Notes: generated by a model from the letters alone, not told the origin. DNA of 18,159 bases from an uncultured archaeon (GCA_964534625.1 CAZHRF010000051.1:1-18159); one strand, 5' to 3'; counted from the first letter of the stretch, positions 8,156-16,040 are shown. Program-made: numbers and translations.

Positions 8156-9733
8156 CTAGTATTCAAGTTTTGGAGGTATCTTTATTGGTTTCATTCTTTC
8201 TGAGATATTAAAACTTCCAAGAAGCTTCTTTTCATCTGTTTCTAGACAATATTTGTATATCTCATAGCTTTTTCCTAGATCTGTTTGATAAATATCAATA
8301 ATATTAAAACCATTCCCATCAAGCTCTGTCCAATGTTTAGTACTAAAAGATCCAACATTGACAAATACGGTATCGTTAACTTGCCAACAACCAGAACGGT
8401 TTTTTGCTCCTGATAGGACAAGATTAATACGATTTTTAACAATTGCATCTAAAACATCACCCGCATCCATTAGCTCAGCATCGTGTTTGATACCTGCAAG
8501 GGGGATAATAGTATGATGAAAGACCAAGACACCCAGTTTATTATTACCATTAGAGGTAAGCTTCTCAATAAAATCAGCAGTGTTGCCTCTACCCAATCGA
8601 CCCACATGTTCATCAATAAGACAAGTATTATATCCAGCAACGGAGGCATGAGAATCCTCGTAAAAGGGATTAGGATGCCCAATATATTTGGGGAAAAGTT
8701 GATCACCTAAAGGTAGATAATCGTTATCTCCAGGGACAATAACCAAAGGTTTGGTAAAAGATTTCAATTCTTCATGGGCTTGGTTATATTCACTAATATA
8801 AGAATGGGCAGTAACATCACCAGTATGGATAACAAGATCACAGTCGCAGTTGTTTATTTTTTCCACTCCTTTGTTGAAAGATTGGGGATCAAAATGACTT
8901 GAGGAAAAAGCAGTATTACCTAGTTGAATGATTCTTCGCAATAGTTTTTTTGATTTAAAGCCTAAAAGCATGTGCTGAAATTTGCTCGAATAATTAACCT
9001 GTTCTATAGGCGGATCATGGTTAAGCATAATAACTCTGACAGCAAGAGTGTTTTGTTTACGGTCGATATCCACAACAGTCATAGAGTATTCTTCTTTATA
9101 CCTCGTTTTTTTGCAAGACAATGTGCCACAATTAATAATCCAAGCATCAATAACCCCATCAGATAAACTAAAGACATTACTAATATGTCTATGCCCATTA
9201 AAAACCAGATGTACATTACAATCTAAAATAGCCTTAACAGCATTACCTGCATCTTTAATCGCACTACGTTCTCGACCAGTATAAGGAATGGGTAAAGTTT
9301 GGTGATGGAACATTAAAATCTTGAGCCAATAATCAGGTAAATCATTGAACTCTTCATAAATACGGTTGACTCCTTTAGGACCCATACGACCAGGATTAGA
9401 ATCAGGTTCAGTTGAGTCTAAAGCGAGGATCTTAACCTTGTGTGTTTCATTAGTATGAACAAAAAAACGAGGACCAATATATTCTTCCCAGAGCAGGTCA
9501 CCAACATTTTTGGCATCGTGATTACCAGGGATAATAAAAAAAGGGCTCTTTTTAATCTCTTCAAGGTATAAAGAAGCTATTTCATATTCAGCTTTAGTAC
9601 CGCCATCAGTAAGATCACCTAAATGGATAAGATAATCAGAATCAATAGAATTGGCTATTTTTACACCTTTATTAAACATTAACTCATCAAAACGCCCACC
9701 GATGTGGGTATCAGAAATAAGAACGAATCGCAT
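8156..9733 (-). CDS. Tandem calcineurin-like metallophosphoesterase (CpdA/Icc, COG1409-like) with an intact N-domain and degenerate C-domain
   Basis: The N-domain has all five motifs: SDTH, GDLT, GNHD, FHH and NGHRH. The C-domain is an obvious internal duplicate with GNTA, GDVT, GDND, FHH and SGAKN. Confidence 0.9.
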   Translation of the reverse strand: MRFVLISDTHIGGRFDELMFNKGVKIANSIDSDYLIHLGDLTDGGTKAEYEIASLYLEEIKKSPFFIIPGNHDAKNVGDLLWEEYIGPRFFVHTNETHKVKILALDSTEPDSNPGRMGPKGVNRIYEEFNDLPDYWLKILMFHHQTLPIPYTGRERSAIKDAGNAVKAILDCNVHLVFNGHRHISNVFSLSDGVIDAWIINCGTLSCKKTRYKEEYSMTVVDIDRKQNTLAVRVIMLNHDPPIEQVNYSSKFQHMLLGFKSKKLLRRIIQLGNTAFSSSHFDPQSFNKGVEKINNCDCDLVIHTGDVTAHSYISEYNQAHEELKSFTKPLVIVPGDNDYLPLGDQLFPKYIGHPNPFYEDSHASVAGYNTCLIDEHVGRLGRGNTADFIEKLTSNGNNKLGVLVFHHTIIPLAGIKHDAELMDAGDVLDAIVKNRINLVLSGAKNRSGCWQVNDTVFVNVGSFSTKHWTELDGNGFNIIDIYQTDLGKSYEIYKYCLETDEKKLLGSFNISERMKPIKIPPKLEY

Positions 9734-9961
9734 CTAATAATAAAATAATAATTAAAAGGATAAAAATTTTCTGGAAAAAGAAAAAAAAATACATAAACAA
9801 AAGTAACAAACGAAACTAAAAGTTGAAGGTATAAGCTAAAACAACGAATGACGAGATAAGAAAAAAGAATACCTAATAGAAATCAACATAGAAATAAATA
9901 AAAAAATAGTAAAAAAATATAGTAAGGGAAGTTATAAGATTGGATTTTTTTTCTACTTACC

Positions 9962-10621
9962 TTACTCTACAATTATATTGTTTTCGACATCCAGAACGCC
10001 TAGAGTGTATCTGGCTGAATCAAACGCAGAGAATTTAGCCAAATAATCAGGTACAGTTCCTGATAGATAGACCTTTGCGTTTTCTACACGAATATCGATA
10101 TTATCAACAAATACATTACTGTTACGATCTATAGCGTCGGTAACTTCTTTGGCGATATATTCGTCTGTGTAGCTGTCAGTAGGCACAATAGTTAACTTAT
10201 TAGTTACTCCAAGTACACCTTGTGTTTTATAAGCCAACTCTTCTGCATAAGTTTTTTGCCAATAATTATCTACATTTCCTTCAAGAGTTACCCAACCATT
10301 GCTTGTTTCTACATCTATATCGAAAGTAGAAACATCTGGGTCTAAAGCGATAGTACTGTTAATATTGGCAGTAATCTCATCATCAGTTGGTATATCGATG
10401 TCTTTGGCGTATTTGACGTCTAAGTTATTTATTACATCAACAACTCCAGAAACTACCCATGCAGTGTCATAAGCAGCATTCTTGGCACGAAAAGAAGGTA
10501 CATTACCTTCAATCTTTACAACCCCGTTATCAACCTTAATTTTGATATCTGAGGCGTCGATGCGCGTATCCCATTTCATATGAGTAACGATGTCGCTTTT
10601 GATTTTTTCATCTGATGACAT
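9962..10621 (-). CDS. Triple BON-domain (OsmY-like) protein without a signal peptide
   Basis: Three repeats of 'D..I...(I/V)...I.V....G.V.(L/I).G.V.......A...A....GV..V.N.(L/I).(V/I)'. The ATG at 10621 is preferred over the TTG at 10630. Confidence 0.9.
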   Translation of the reverse strand: MSSDEKIKSDIVTHMKWDTRIDASDIKIKVDNGVVKIEGNVPSFRAKNAAYDTAWVVSGVVDVINNLDVKYAKDIDIPTDDEITANINSTIALDPDVSTFDIDVETSNGWVTLEGNVDNYWQKTYAEELAYKTQGVLGVTNKLTIVPTDSYTDEYIAKEVTDAIDRNSNVFVDNIDIRVENAKVYLSGTVPDYLAKFSAFDSARYTLGVLDVENNIIVE

Positions 10622-10811
10622 GTGAATCAAGTGTACTTTAGTGGTTTCTTATTTATCAGTCTTAGGGAAAATCAAATAGGATAAAATGGTGAAAAAAGGT
10701 ATAAAAAAACTTTAAATCAGTAATGCAAGATGAAAAAATAATAAACACAAAATCTAGAGTAAAGTACAATGCAAACCGATGTTTTCTTTATCAAAACTTT
10801 ACTATACTTAG

Positions 10812-10844
10812 CCAGAAAGCCCACTCCTTTGGGTGGGTAGTTCA
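10812..10844 (+). mobile_element. Orphan IS200/IS605-family-like right-end hairpin (remnant)
   Basis: GC-rich hairpin GCCCACTC-CTTT-GGGTGGGT (10819-10838) preceded by AGAAA and followed by AGTTCA, in an otherwise very AT-rich spacer. It resembles the 'GAAGCCC...CTTT..GGGT(AG)TTCA' 3' ends of tnpB elements as recalled from memory. No tnpA/tnpB nearby. Confidence 0.5.
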
Positions 10845-11010
10845 TTGCCTATTCTTATAAAAATGTGCAAAAAAATCGAACATTTAATAGTACTCATGTC
10901 AAAATATTTATTATCTCTTCTTATTTTATTTCTAGTAGATACTTATTCAACTGAAAAACTAGACATACTCTGTTCTTTTTTTCGCTTGTATAAGTAAAAA
11001 ACTACAACGA

Positions 11011-11511
11011 GTGAGTAAGTTGTCAGAAGAACAAGAACAAGAACAAGAAACAAGTACAATAACTATAGAAGAATTAAAACCTAATACTAGAAACTTTAAC
11101 TTTACTGCTAAAGTTCTTGAATTAGGGGAGAAAAAAGAAATCACCAAGCGTTTCTCTGGTGAGACGCATTATGTAATGGACGTTTTAGTTGGCGATCCAT
11201 CTGGCACAACACTTTTTTCTGCGTGGAATGAATCTATTGATGAAATAGAAGAAGGAAAAACATATTACTTCAATAATGTCAAAACCATTCTGTTTAAGAA
11301 ACAGTTAAGAGTCTCCTTAGGACGCAAAGGTACAATAGAACCTGTGGATGAAGACCAAACTATCGATGAAGTCAACAAAGAAAAAAATATGTCAGAAGAA
11401 GAACATAACATCCCTAGACGTTACTTCAAGAAAAAAAGAGGTAGCTATGATAATAGAAGGAGAAGCTATCCTAAAGGAGATAGAAGGGACAAAAGGCAAT
11501 ATAAAGAGTAA
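11011..11511 (+). CDS. ssb: Single-OB-fold single-stranded DNA-binding protein (crenarchaeal SSB/hSSB1-like)
   Basis: 'IEELKP..RNFNFTAKVLE', 'VLVGDPSGTTLFSAWNE', 'IEEGKTYYFNN' and 'LRVSLGRKGTI' match the Sulfolobus-type SSB OB fold. Low-complexity C-terminal tail. The start is GTG 11011 or TTG 11020. Confidence 0.85.
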   Translation: MSKLSEEQEQEQETSTITIEELKPNTRNFNFTAKVLELGEKKEITKRFSGETHYVMDVLVGDPSGTTLFSAWNESIDEIEEGKTYYFNNVKTILFKKQLRVSLGRKGTIEPVDEDQTIDEVNKEKNMSEEEHNIPRRYFKKKRGSYDNRRRSYPKGDRRDKRQYKE

Positions 11512-11576
11512 TTAAGGCTTCAAAAAGAAGAAAAAAATTAATCAATAAAAAAGTCTCTAATAAATTTAAAGTAGGT

Positions 11577-11600
11577 AGGTATACATATACCTCTATTTTT
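11577..11600. terminator. Palindrome plus T-tract between the convergent ssb and amidase genes
   Basis: AGGTATA-CA-TATACCT (11577-11592) is a perfect inverted repeat followed by CTATTTTT. Confidence 0.35.
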
Positions 11601-11681
11601 ATCTGTTTTTTAAGTTGTACTCTGTGCTAGTGCTAACTAGTCATTTTTTTGTAAAATAAACGCTAACTTTATTGAAGATAA

Positions 11682-13124
11682 TCATAGAAATGGTTTTTTG
11701 TAGCCTCCAAGTTTCTCTTCCAAGTATAAAGCTATTTTTAGGGCTAAACCTTCCTTACCATGGTTAGTAATAATTTGGAAACCGATAGGTAAGCCATCAG
11801 CTGTTTCTCCACCTCTTAAAGTTACTGCAGGAAGTCCAGTTAGACTATAAGGGTGAGTATAAGACAAGTAATTCATTCCATTGAAGTCTTCTTTAGATGA
11901 AGCTCCATGCTCAAAGGCAGGTGTTGCAGCTATTGGACATACAATAGCGTCATATTGTTTCATAAAACTAAGCATTTCAGAACGAAAGACAGCCCATTTA
12001 ATACCCCAAAAATGCCAAGTTACAGCTAACATAGCATGTTCTCCTTGCACTTGTTTGGCCAAGTCTAACCATTCATCAGCTAGACCATAAATATTCTCAG
12101 GATAATATTCAAAATGTTCTTGATCTTTTTGCAAGGTGAATAATTGCCCAGCTGTTTGAGGATCTATTCCCCCGGCAAAAGAGTTCAGTCCTTGCCCTAT
12201 TTTAGAAAATTCTGTTGAAACGCTTGGATAGGTTTCGTCAACTTGTATATTTTTTTCTGTTAGAGCATTGGCTACATTATTAATAACTTGTTTAACAGAA
12301 GGATCAGCTGTAACCACACCATTATCAGAATAATAAGCAATCGTCAAGCCTTCAATATCTATATTCTCCGGGTCATCATACACTAAGGGCATACATCTTG
12401 GATCCCAATTATCAGGTCCAGCTATAATTGGTAAAGTTAAAATAAGATCTTTCACCCTTCGCGCTATTGGTCCGATACAGGTTGAATCTAAGAAACCTAA
12501 ATAATAAGGGATAGTGCCTGTTCGAGGAACACGACCAAAAGTAGGTACTAGACTTGCTAAGCCAGTGAAATGAGCTGGCCAACGTATACTTCCACCCGTA
12601 TCACTCCCTATACCTAAATAAGAACCGCCAGCTGAAATTAAAGCAGCTTCGCCTCCGCTACTAGAACCAACAGTTTTTTCAAGATTATAAGGATTCTTTG
12701 TTAACCCATATACTTGATTTGTGGTTTCAAAACCAGCACAATGGGAGGGACAATTAGTTTTACCTATGATAATAGCACCAGCATCTTTCAGTCTTTTAAC
12801 CACAGGAGCATCGAATGAAGGGATATAGTCCTTACGTCCATTTATACCGCCTGTTGTTACCATCCCTTTTACTTCAATGTTATCTTTAATTGAAACAGGT
12901 AAACCTGTCAATGGAGCGATAGAATCACTAGTTGAGAGGTGTTGATCAGTTGCTTTTGCTTGGTCTAAGAGTTTTTTTTCATCATAACAAACTAAAGCAT
13001 TAATATCCGGATTTATTGTAGTAATGTGTTCTAAAAGATTAACAATAACCTCTTCAACTGATAGTTCTTTAGAGTGAATTTTATGCAGTACTTCAGTAGC
13101 AGATAAGAACTGTAATTTTGACAT
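11682..13124 (-). CDS. Amidase signature (AS) family amidase, FAAH2-like rather than GatA
   Basis: Catalytic Lys in 'GLPVSIKDNI', 'GAIIIGKTN', 'TKNPYN', 'GSSSGGEAA' and nucleophile region 'GSDTGGSIRWPA'. C-terminal 'GLPIGFQI'. Confidence 0.92.
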   Translation of the reverse strand: MSKLQFLSATEVLHKIHSKELSVEEVIVNLLEHITTINPDINALVCYDEKKLLDQAKATDQHLSTSDSIAPLTGLPVSIKDNIEVKGMVTTGGINGRKDYIPSFDAPVVKRLKDAGAIIIGKTNCPSHCAGFETTNQVYGLTKNPYNLEKTVGSSSGGEAALISAGGSYLGIGSDTGGSIRWPAHFTGLASLVPTFGRVPRTGTIPYYLGFLDSTCIGPIARRVKDLILTLPIIAGPDNWDPRCMPLVYDDPENIDIEGLTIAYYSDNGVVTADPSVKQVINNVANALTEKNIQVDETYPSVSTEFSKIGQGLNSFAGGIDPQTAGQLFTLQKDQEHFEYYPENIYGLADEWLDLAKQVQGEHAMLAVTWHFWGIKWAVFRSEMLSFMKQYDAIVCPIAATPAFEHGASSKEDFNGMNYLSYTHPYSLTGLPAVTLRGGETADGLPIGFQIITNHGKEGLALKIALYLEEKLGGYKKPFL

Positions 13125-13312
13125 AATAATCCCTAAATGAGTTTAAATTAAAAAGATTATGAAAATTTCATAAGGGTTAACATAAAACTGTTAATTTGTC
13201 CGCAAAAACGGAAATAGGATTAACCTATCTATGACTTCTAAAGGATAAAAAAAAGAATTTACAATGATTAGATTCTTTCTAGCCAGATTCTTGTTTCACA
13301 TTCCATTGGATC

Positions 13313-13510
13313 TTATATTAAGTGCATGTCATTGATTACTGAATTTTTGGGTATATCGCCTTTGTAGTACTCTTTTTCAATAAATTCAGCTATAGCATCC
13401 CTAATTAGTTCTGACCTGTTATTATAATTTAATTGATTGAGCATTTTGTGAAGATCATTAATCATCGAATCTGTTACCTTAAATGTGATGAGTTTTTTCT
13501 TATCAGACAT
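13313..13510 (-). CDS. Ribbon-helix-helix (CopG/NikR-N-like) DNA-binding protein
   Basis: Beta-strand 'LITFKV', helix A, then 'NRSELIRDAIAEFI'. AGGTGA RBS upstream of the ATG. Confidence 0.85.
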   Translation of the reverse strand: MSDKKKLITFKVTDSMINDLHKMLNQLNYNNRSELIRDAIAEFIEKEYYKGDIPKNSVINDMHLI

Positions 13511-13614
13511 ATTTAGAATTCACCTACTTTTATGAAAATTTTAGGGTACTCTAAGAATACTATACTATCAGTTTATTAATACCTTTTTGTCGGGTAAAAT
13601 GTACTATTGGGGTA

Positions 13615-14589
13615 TTACACTTTTTTTATTAACTGTTTCTTAAAAATAGGATCGTGATTATAATAGTGTTTATCGTTAAGCAAATAGAATATTTTGCCTA
13701 AAATGAGAAGAATAGAGGGGTGAAGAGTAAATTTGGGTTCAGGGAATAAGGAACGTATAGACTGTAAGGACAGAGAATAACGCTCATAGGTATTCGTATG
13801 CGGGTCAGTTAAACATAAGAATTTTTTTTCTGAGGGGAGTTTAATAAAAGCTGTGGCTTTATAATCTAACATATATTCTTGTAATGACCCCACAACATGG
13901 ATATAGTTGTCTTCAAGATAAATACGTTCGCGTAAGGAAGGAAAAACAGTTGTTAATTGGTTGATAACCAGTTCTATTTTGTGCAATTTTTTTTCGACTA
14001 AAACTTGATGGGGTTCAACTAAACGGGCTATAACCGTGCTGGCTGAATCAAATAAAAGAGCATCAAATTCAGAAAGATCGGAAGAAACTATTTTAGAAAG
14101 GACAGCTATTCCCCATTCTTCTTGAATGAGATATTCCACATCGTTCATTGAGTCATGAATGTGGTTAAGTGTAGAATCAGAAAGGGAAGATAGATCATGG
14201 GCAGGCATATAACCATAAAGGACAATGATATGGGGTTCAACTTTATTATAAATGAGATATCTATGAATTAATTTATACAAGTCTTCAGCATCAAGCCGCT
14301 CAGTAACATCATAGGAAAGAATTAACCCGATGCTACCAGTGGTATGCAACTCCTGTATAGAACTGAATCTGTGCTTCTCATTAATATTCCATATTTGGAA
14401 GACGACATTACTAGAGTTAATCTTTTTTTTCCAGATATAAAAGGAAACACCAATGGTGTTGAAATGATTCTTGTAAAAAAGACCATCTGTATCACTATGG
14501 GACTCTTTCAAGTGAAGAATATTAGCTCGATCAAGCATGACAAGCTTGAATATTCTTTTCGTAAGAACTTCCGGAGATTCAGCAGTCAA
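13615..14589 (-). CDS. Rab-like pseudo-GTPase fused to a DUF4132-C-terminal (DUF7737-like) domain
   Basis: IFKLVML / TIGVSF / FQIW / RFSSI / GSIGLILSYDVT align without gaps to Rab1, while G1, G3, G4 and G5 are degenerate. The C-terminal ~125 aa contains 'IYLEDNYIHVVGSLQEYMLD...FLCL...LLILGKIFYLLND....DPIFKKQL'. TTG start with TATA-like TTTTATAT/TTTAAATA 15-30 nt upstream. Confidence 0.78.
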   Translation of the reverse strand: MTAESPEVLTKRIFKLVMLDRANILHLKESHSDTDGLFYKNHFNTIGVSFYIWKKKINSSNVVFQIWNINEKHRFSSIQELHTTGSIGLILSYDVTERLDAEDLYKLIHRYLIYNKVEPHIIVLYGYMPAHDLSSLSDSTLNHIHDSMNDVEYLIQEEWGIAVLSKIVSSDLSEFDALLFDSASTVIARLVEPHQVLVEKKLHKIELVINQLTTVFPSLRERIYLEDNYIHVVGSLQEYMLDYKATAFIKLPSEKKFLCLTDPHTNTYERYSLSLQSIRSLFPEPKFTLHPSILLILGKIFYLLNDKHYYNHDPIFKKQLIKKV

Positions 14590-14821
14590 GTAGGTACAAG
14601 CACTATTTAAAATATAAAAATATTCGGTTGTGGTGAAAGATTAATTTAAAAAAGCATCTAATAAAAGCATCTTTTTCAAAAATTAAAAAAAATCGAACAC
14701 TAAAGACCTTAAAAAGATAGATAAGTTCAATTCCGGATGAAAATGATCGGAGCGAGAACAATAAAAGATTAAAAAATACCAAGAACGATTATAAAGAGGA
14801 AATAGTAGTAAGAGAGAAAGA

Positions 14822-15865
14822 ATGAACTTTGAACAATTATTTCTTGGGCTTTATACAATAAGAAAAGTGATAGCCAACCCCATTGATGAGTATAATATAA
14901 TCAATGAAATGAATAGCCTTAATCTTTTTAATATCTTTTACTGTACTATTTTCAATGAGATATTTATGAAACAGATACATTTTCAATCAGGATTTATTTC
15001 AATAAAAAAGTTGTACTTACTCCTCTTGCTTTCTTGGTTAGGAGTGTTTCCTATTTTATTCATAACAGGTATAATAACATGTAAGAATTTAGCGTGCGCG
15101 ATAATTATGCTACATGGTTTTTATGGATTAATGATTATACCTTTGATATTAATTATCCCTATAATGGATCTAATACATCAAGAAGTAAGAGATAGAGCAA
15201 TTAAAGTGAATTTTATCAATGAACCTCAATACAAAGTTTCTTCAATTGCCTTATTGGTGACTATGTTAATCCTATTAGTAATAGAAACGATAATTGGAAA
15301 AAATGATGGTGGAGAAGTGGTCTCAATAATCATTAAAACAGTCTTTTTTATCAACTTTCTAACAATTGCTTTGACTTTTCCGTTTGTATTAAAGTTTGCA
15401 AAAAAGAAAAAGAAAAAGAAAAAGAGAAAACAACTAAAATATGCTCCTCTGAGCTTGATAATAACAAATATACTCTTTTTAGTCTATCTGATAGCTATTT
15501 TTCCGCTAATAAATATTATAAGTTATCCAATCATTATAAGTTATCTTATAATTAGTACTTGGTGGATATGGCTTCAAATATCCAAAAAAAGTTCGGAAAA
15601 GAAAAAAGTACTAGAAGAGAATAAAACAAGAGAGAGAGAAGAAAAAGATAACCATATACCTACTGCAGAAAAAAAGGAAACAGAAATGAAATATTGGTTA
15701 TTATATTCATTTTATCTTCTGGTACTGAGTATATTTGGTATTTCCATTGGATACGCGTCTTTTATTACTACTAACTATATCCCTATATTAGCAATTCTAG
15801 CTGGATTTGATATTTTCATTGGTGTTTGTGTATTAATAGCATTATTAGATCAACAGAATAGATAA
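14822..15865 (+). CDS. Polytopic membrane protein of unknown function (about 8 TM) with polybasic loops
   Basis: Pairs of hydrophobic helices separated by KKKKKKKKRK and a long Lys/Glu-rich loop. The start is uncertain: ATG 14822 has TTATAAA at 14789-14795, and ATG 14966 is an alternative. Confidence 0.75.
   Translation: MNFEQLFLGLYTIRKVIANPIDEYNIINEMNSLNLFNIFYCTIFNEIFMKQIHFQSGFISIKKLYLLLLLSWLGVFPILFITGIITCKNLACAIIMLHGFYGLMIIPLILIIPIMDLIHQEVRDRAIKVNFINEPQYKVSSIALLVTMLILLVIETIIGKNDGGEVVSIIIKTVFFINFLTIALTFPFVLKFAKKKKKKKKRKQLKYAPLSLIITNILFLVYLIAIFPLINIISYPIIISYLIISTWWIWLQISKKSSEKKKVLEENKTREREEKDNHIPTAEKKETEMKYWLLYSFYLLVLSIFGISIGYASFITTNYIPILAILAGFDIFIGVCVLIALLDQQNR
15401..15424 (+). repeat. (AAAAAG)4 in-frame microsatellite encoding Lys8
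   Basis: Alternating AAA/AAG codons read directly from the sequence. Confidence 0.85.
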
Positions 15866-16040
15866 CAAAAAAAAGAAGTTAAATTGAAACATGTAAGAAA
15901 CAAAGAAGAAAAATTATGGTAAACAAGAAAAAGTGCTATGGTTTTAAATTTTAAGAGCTTGACTTGTCATCATTTTCTATTTACTTATTGTAGTCTTTAT
16001 TGGCTTTAGAAAGTGAAGTTAATTACTACTCAAAAAACAT

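Noticed and set aside
7751-8203. 150-aa plus-strand ORF and the other short ORFs in the track (543..755, 984..1175, 986..1186, 1777..1992, 2292..2492, 3779..3979, 7301..7534, 8470..8706, 8483..8710, 8972..9166, 9048..9284, 10959..11147, 11881..12090, 14344..14610, 17256..17459, 17437..17667, 17534..17752)
   Set aside because: These are shadow or alternate-frame ORFs overlapping well-supported genes, with no motifs or RBS support.
11682-13124. gatA assignment for the amidase
   Set aside because: It lacks GatA-typical 'DEFAMGS' and 'RYGL' segments, and no gatB/gatC is adjacent. A generic AS amidase fits better.
13313-13510. NikR, or antitoxin of a toxin-antitoxin pair
   Set aside because: There is no C-terminal nickel-binding domain (only 65 aa) and no adjacent small toxin gene (PIN/RelE).
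15400-15406. A-AAA-AAG slippery heptamer (-1 frameshift)
   Set aside because: No downstream stimulatory structure. The -1 frame closes after about 50 codons with no recognisable product, while the 0 frame continues as a coherent membrane protein.
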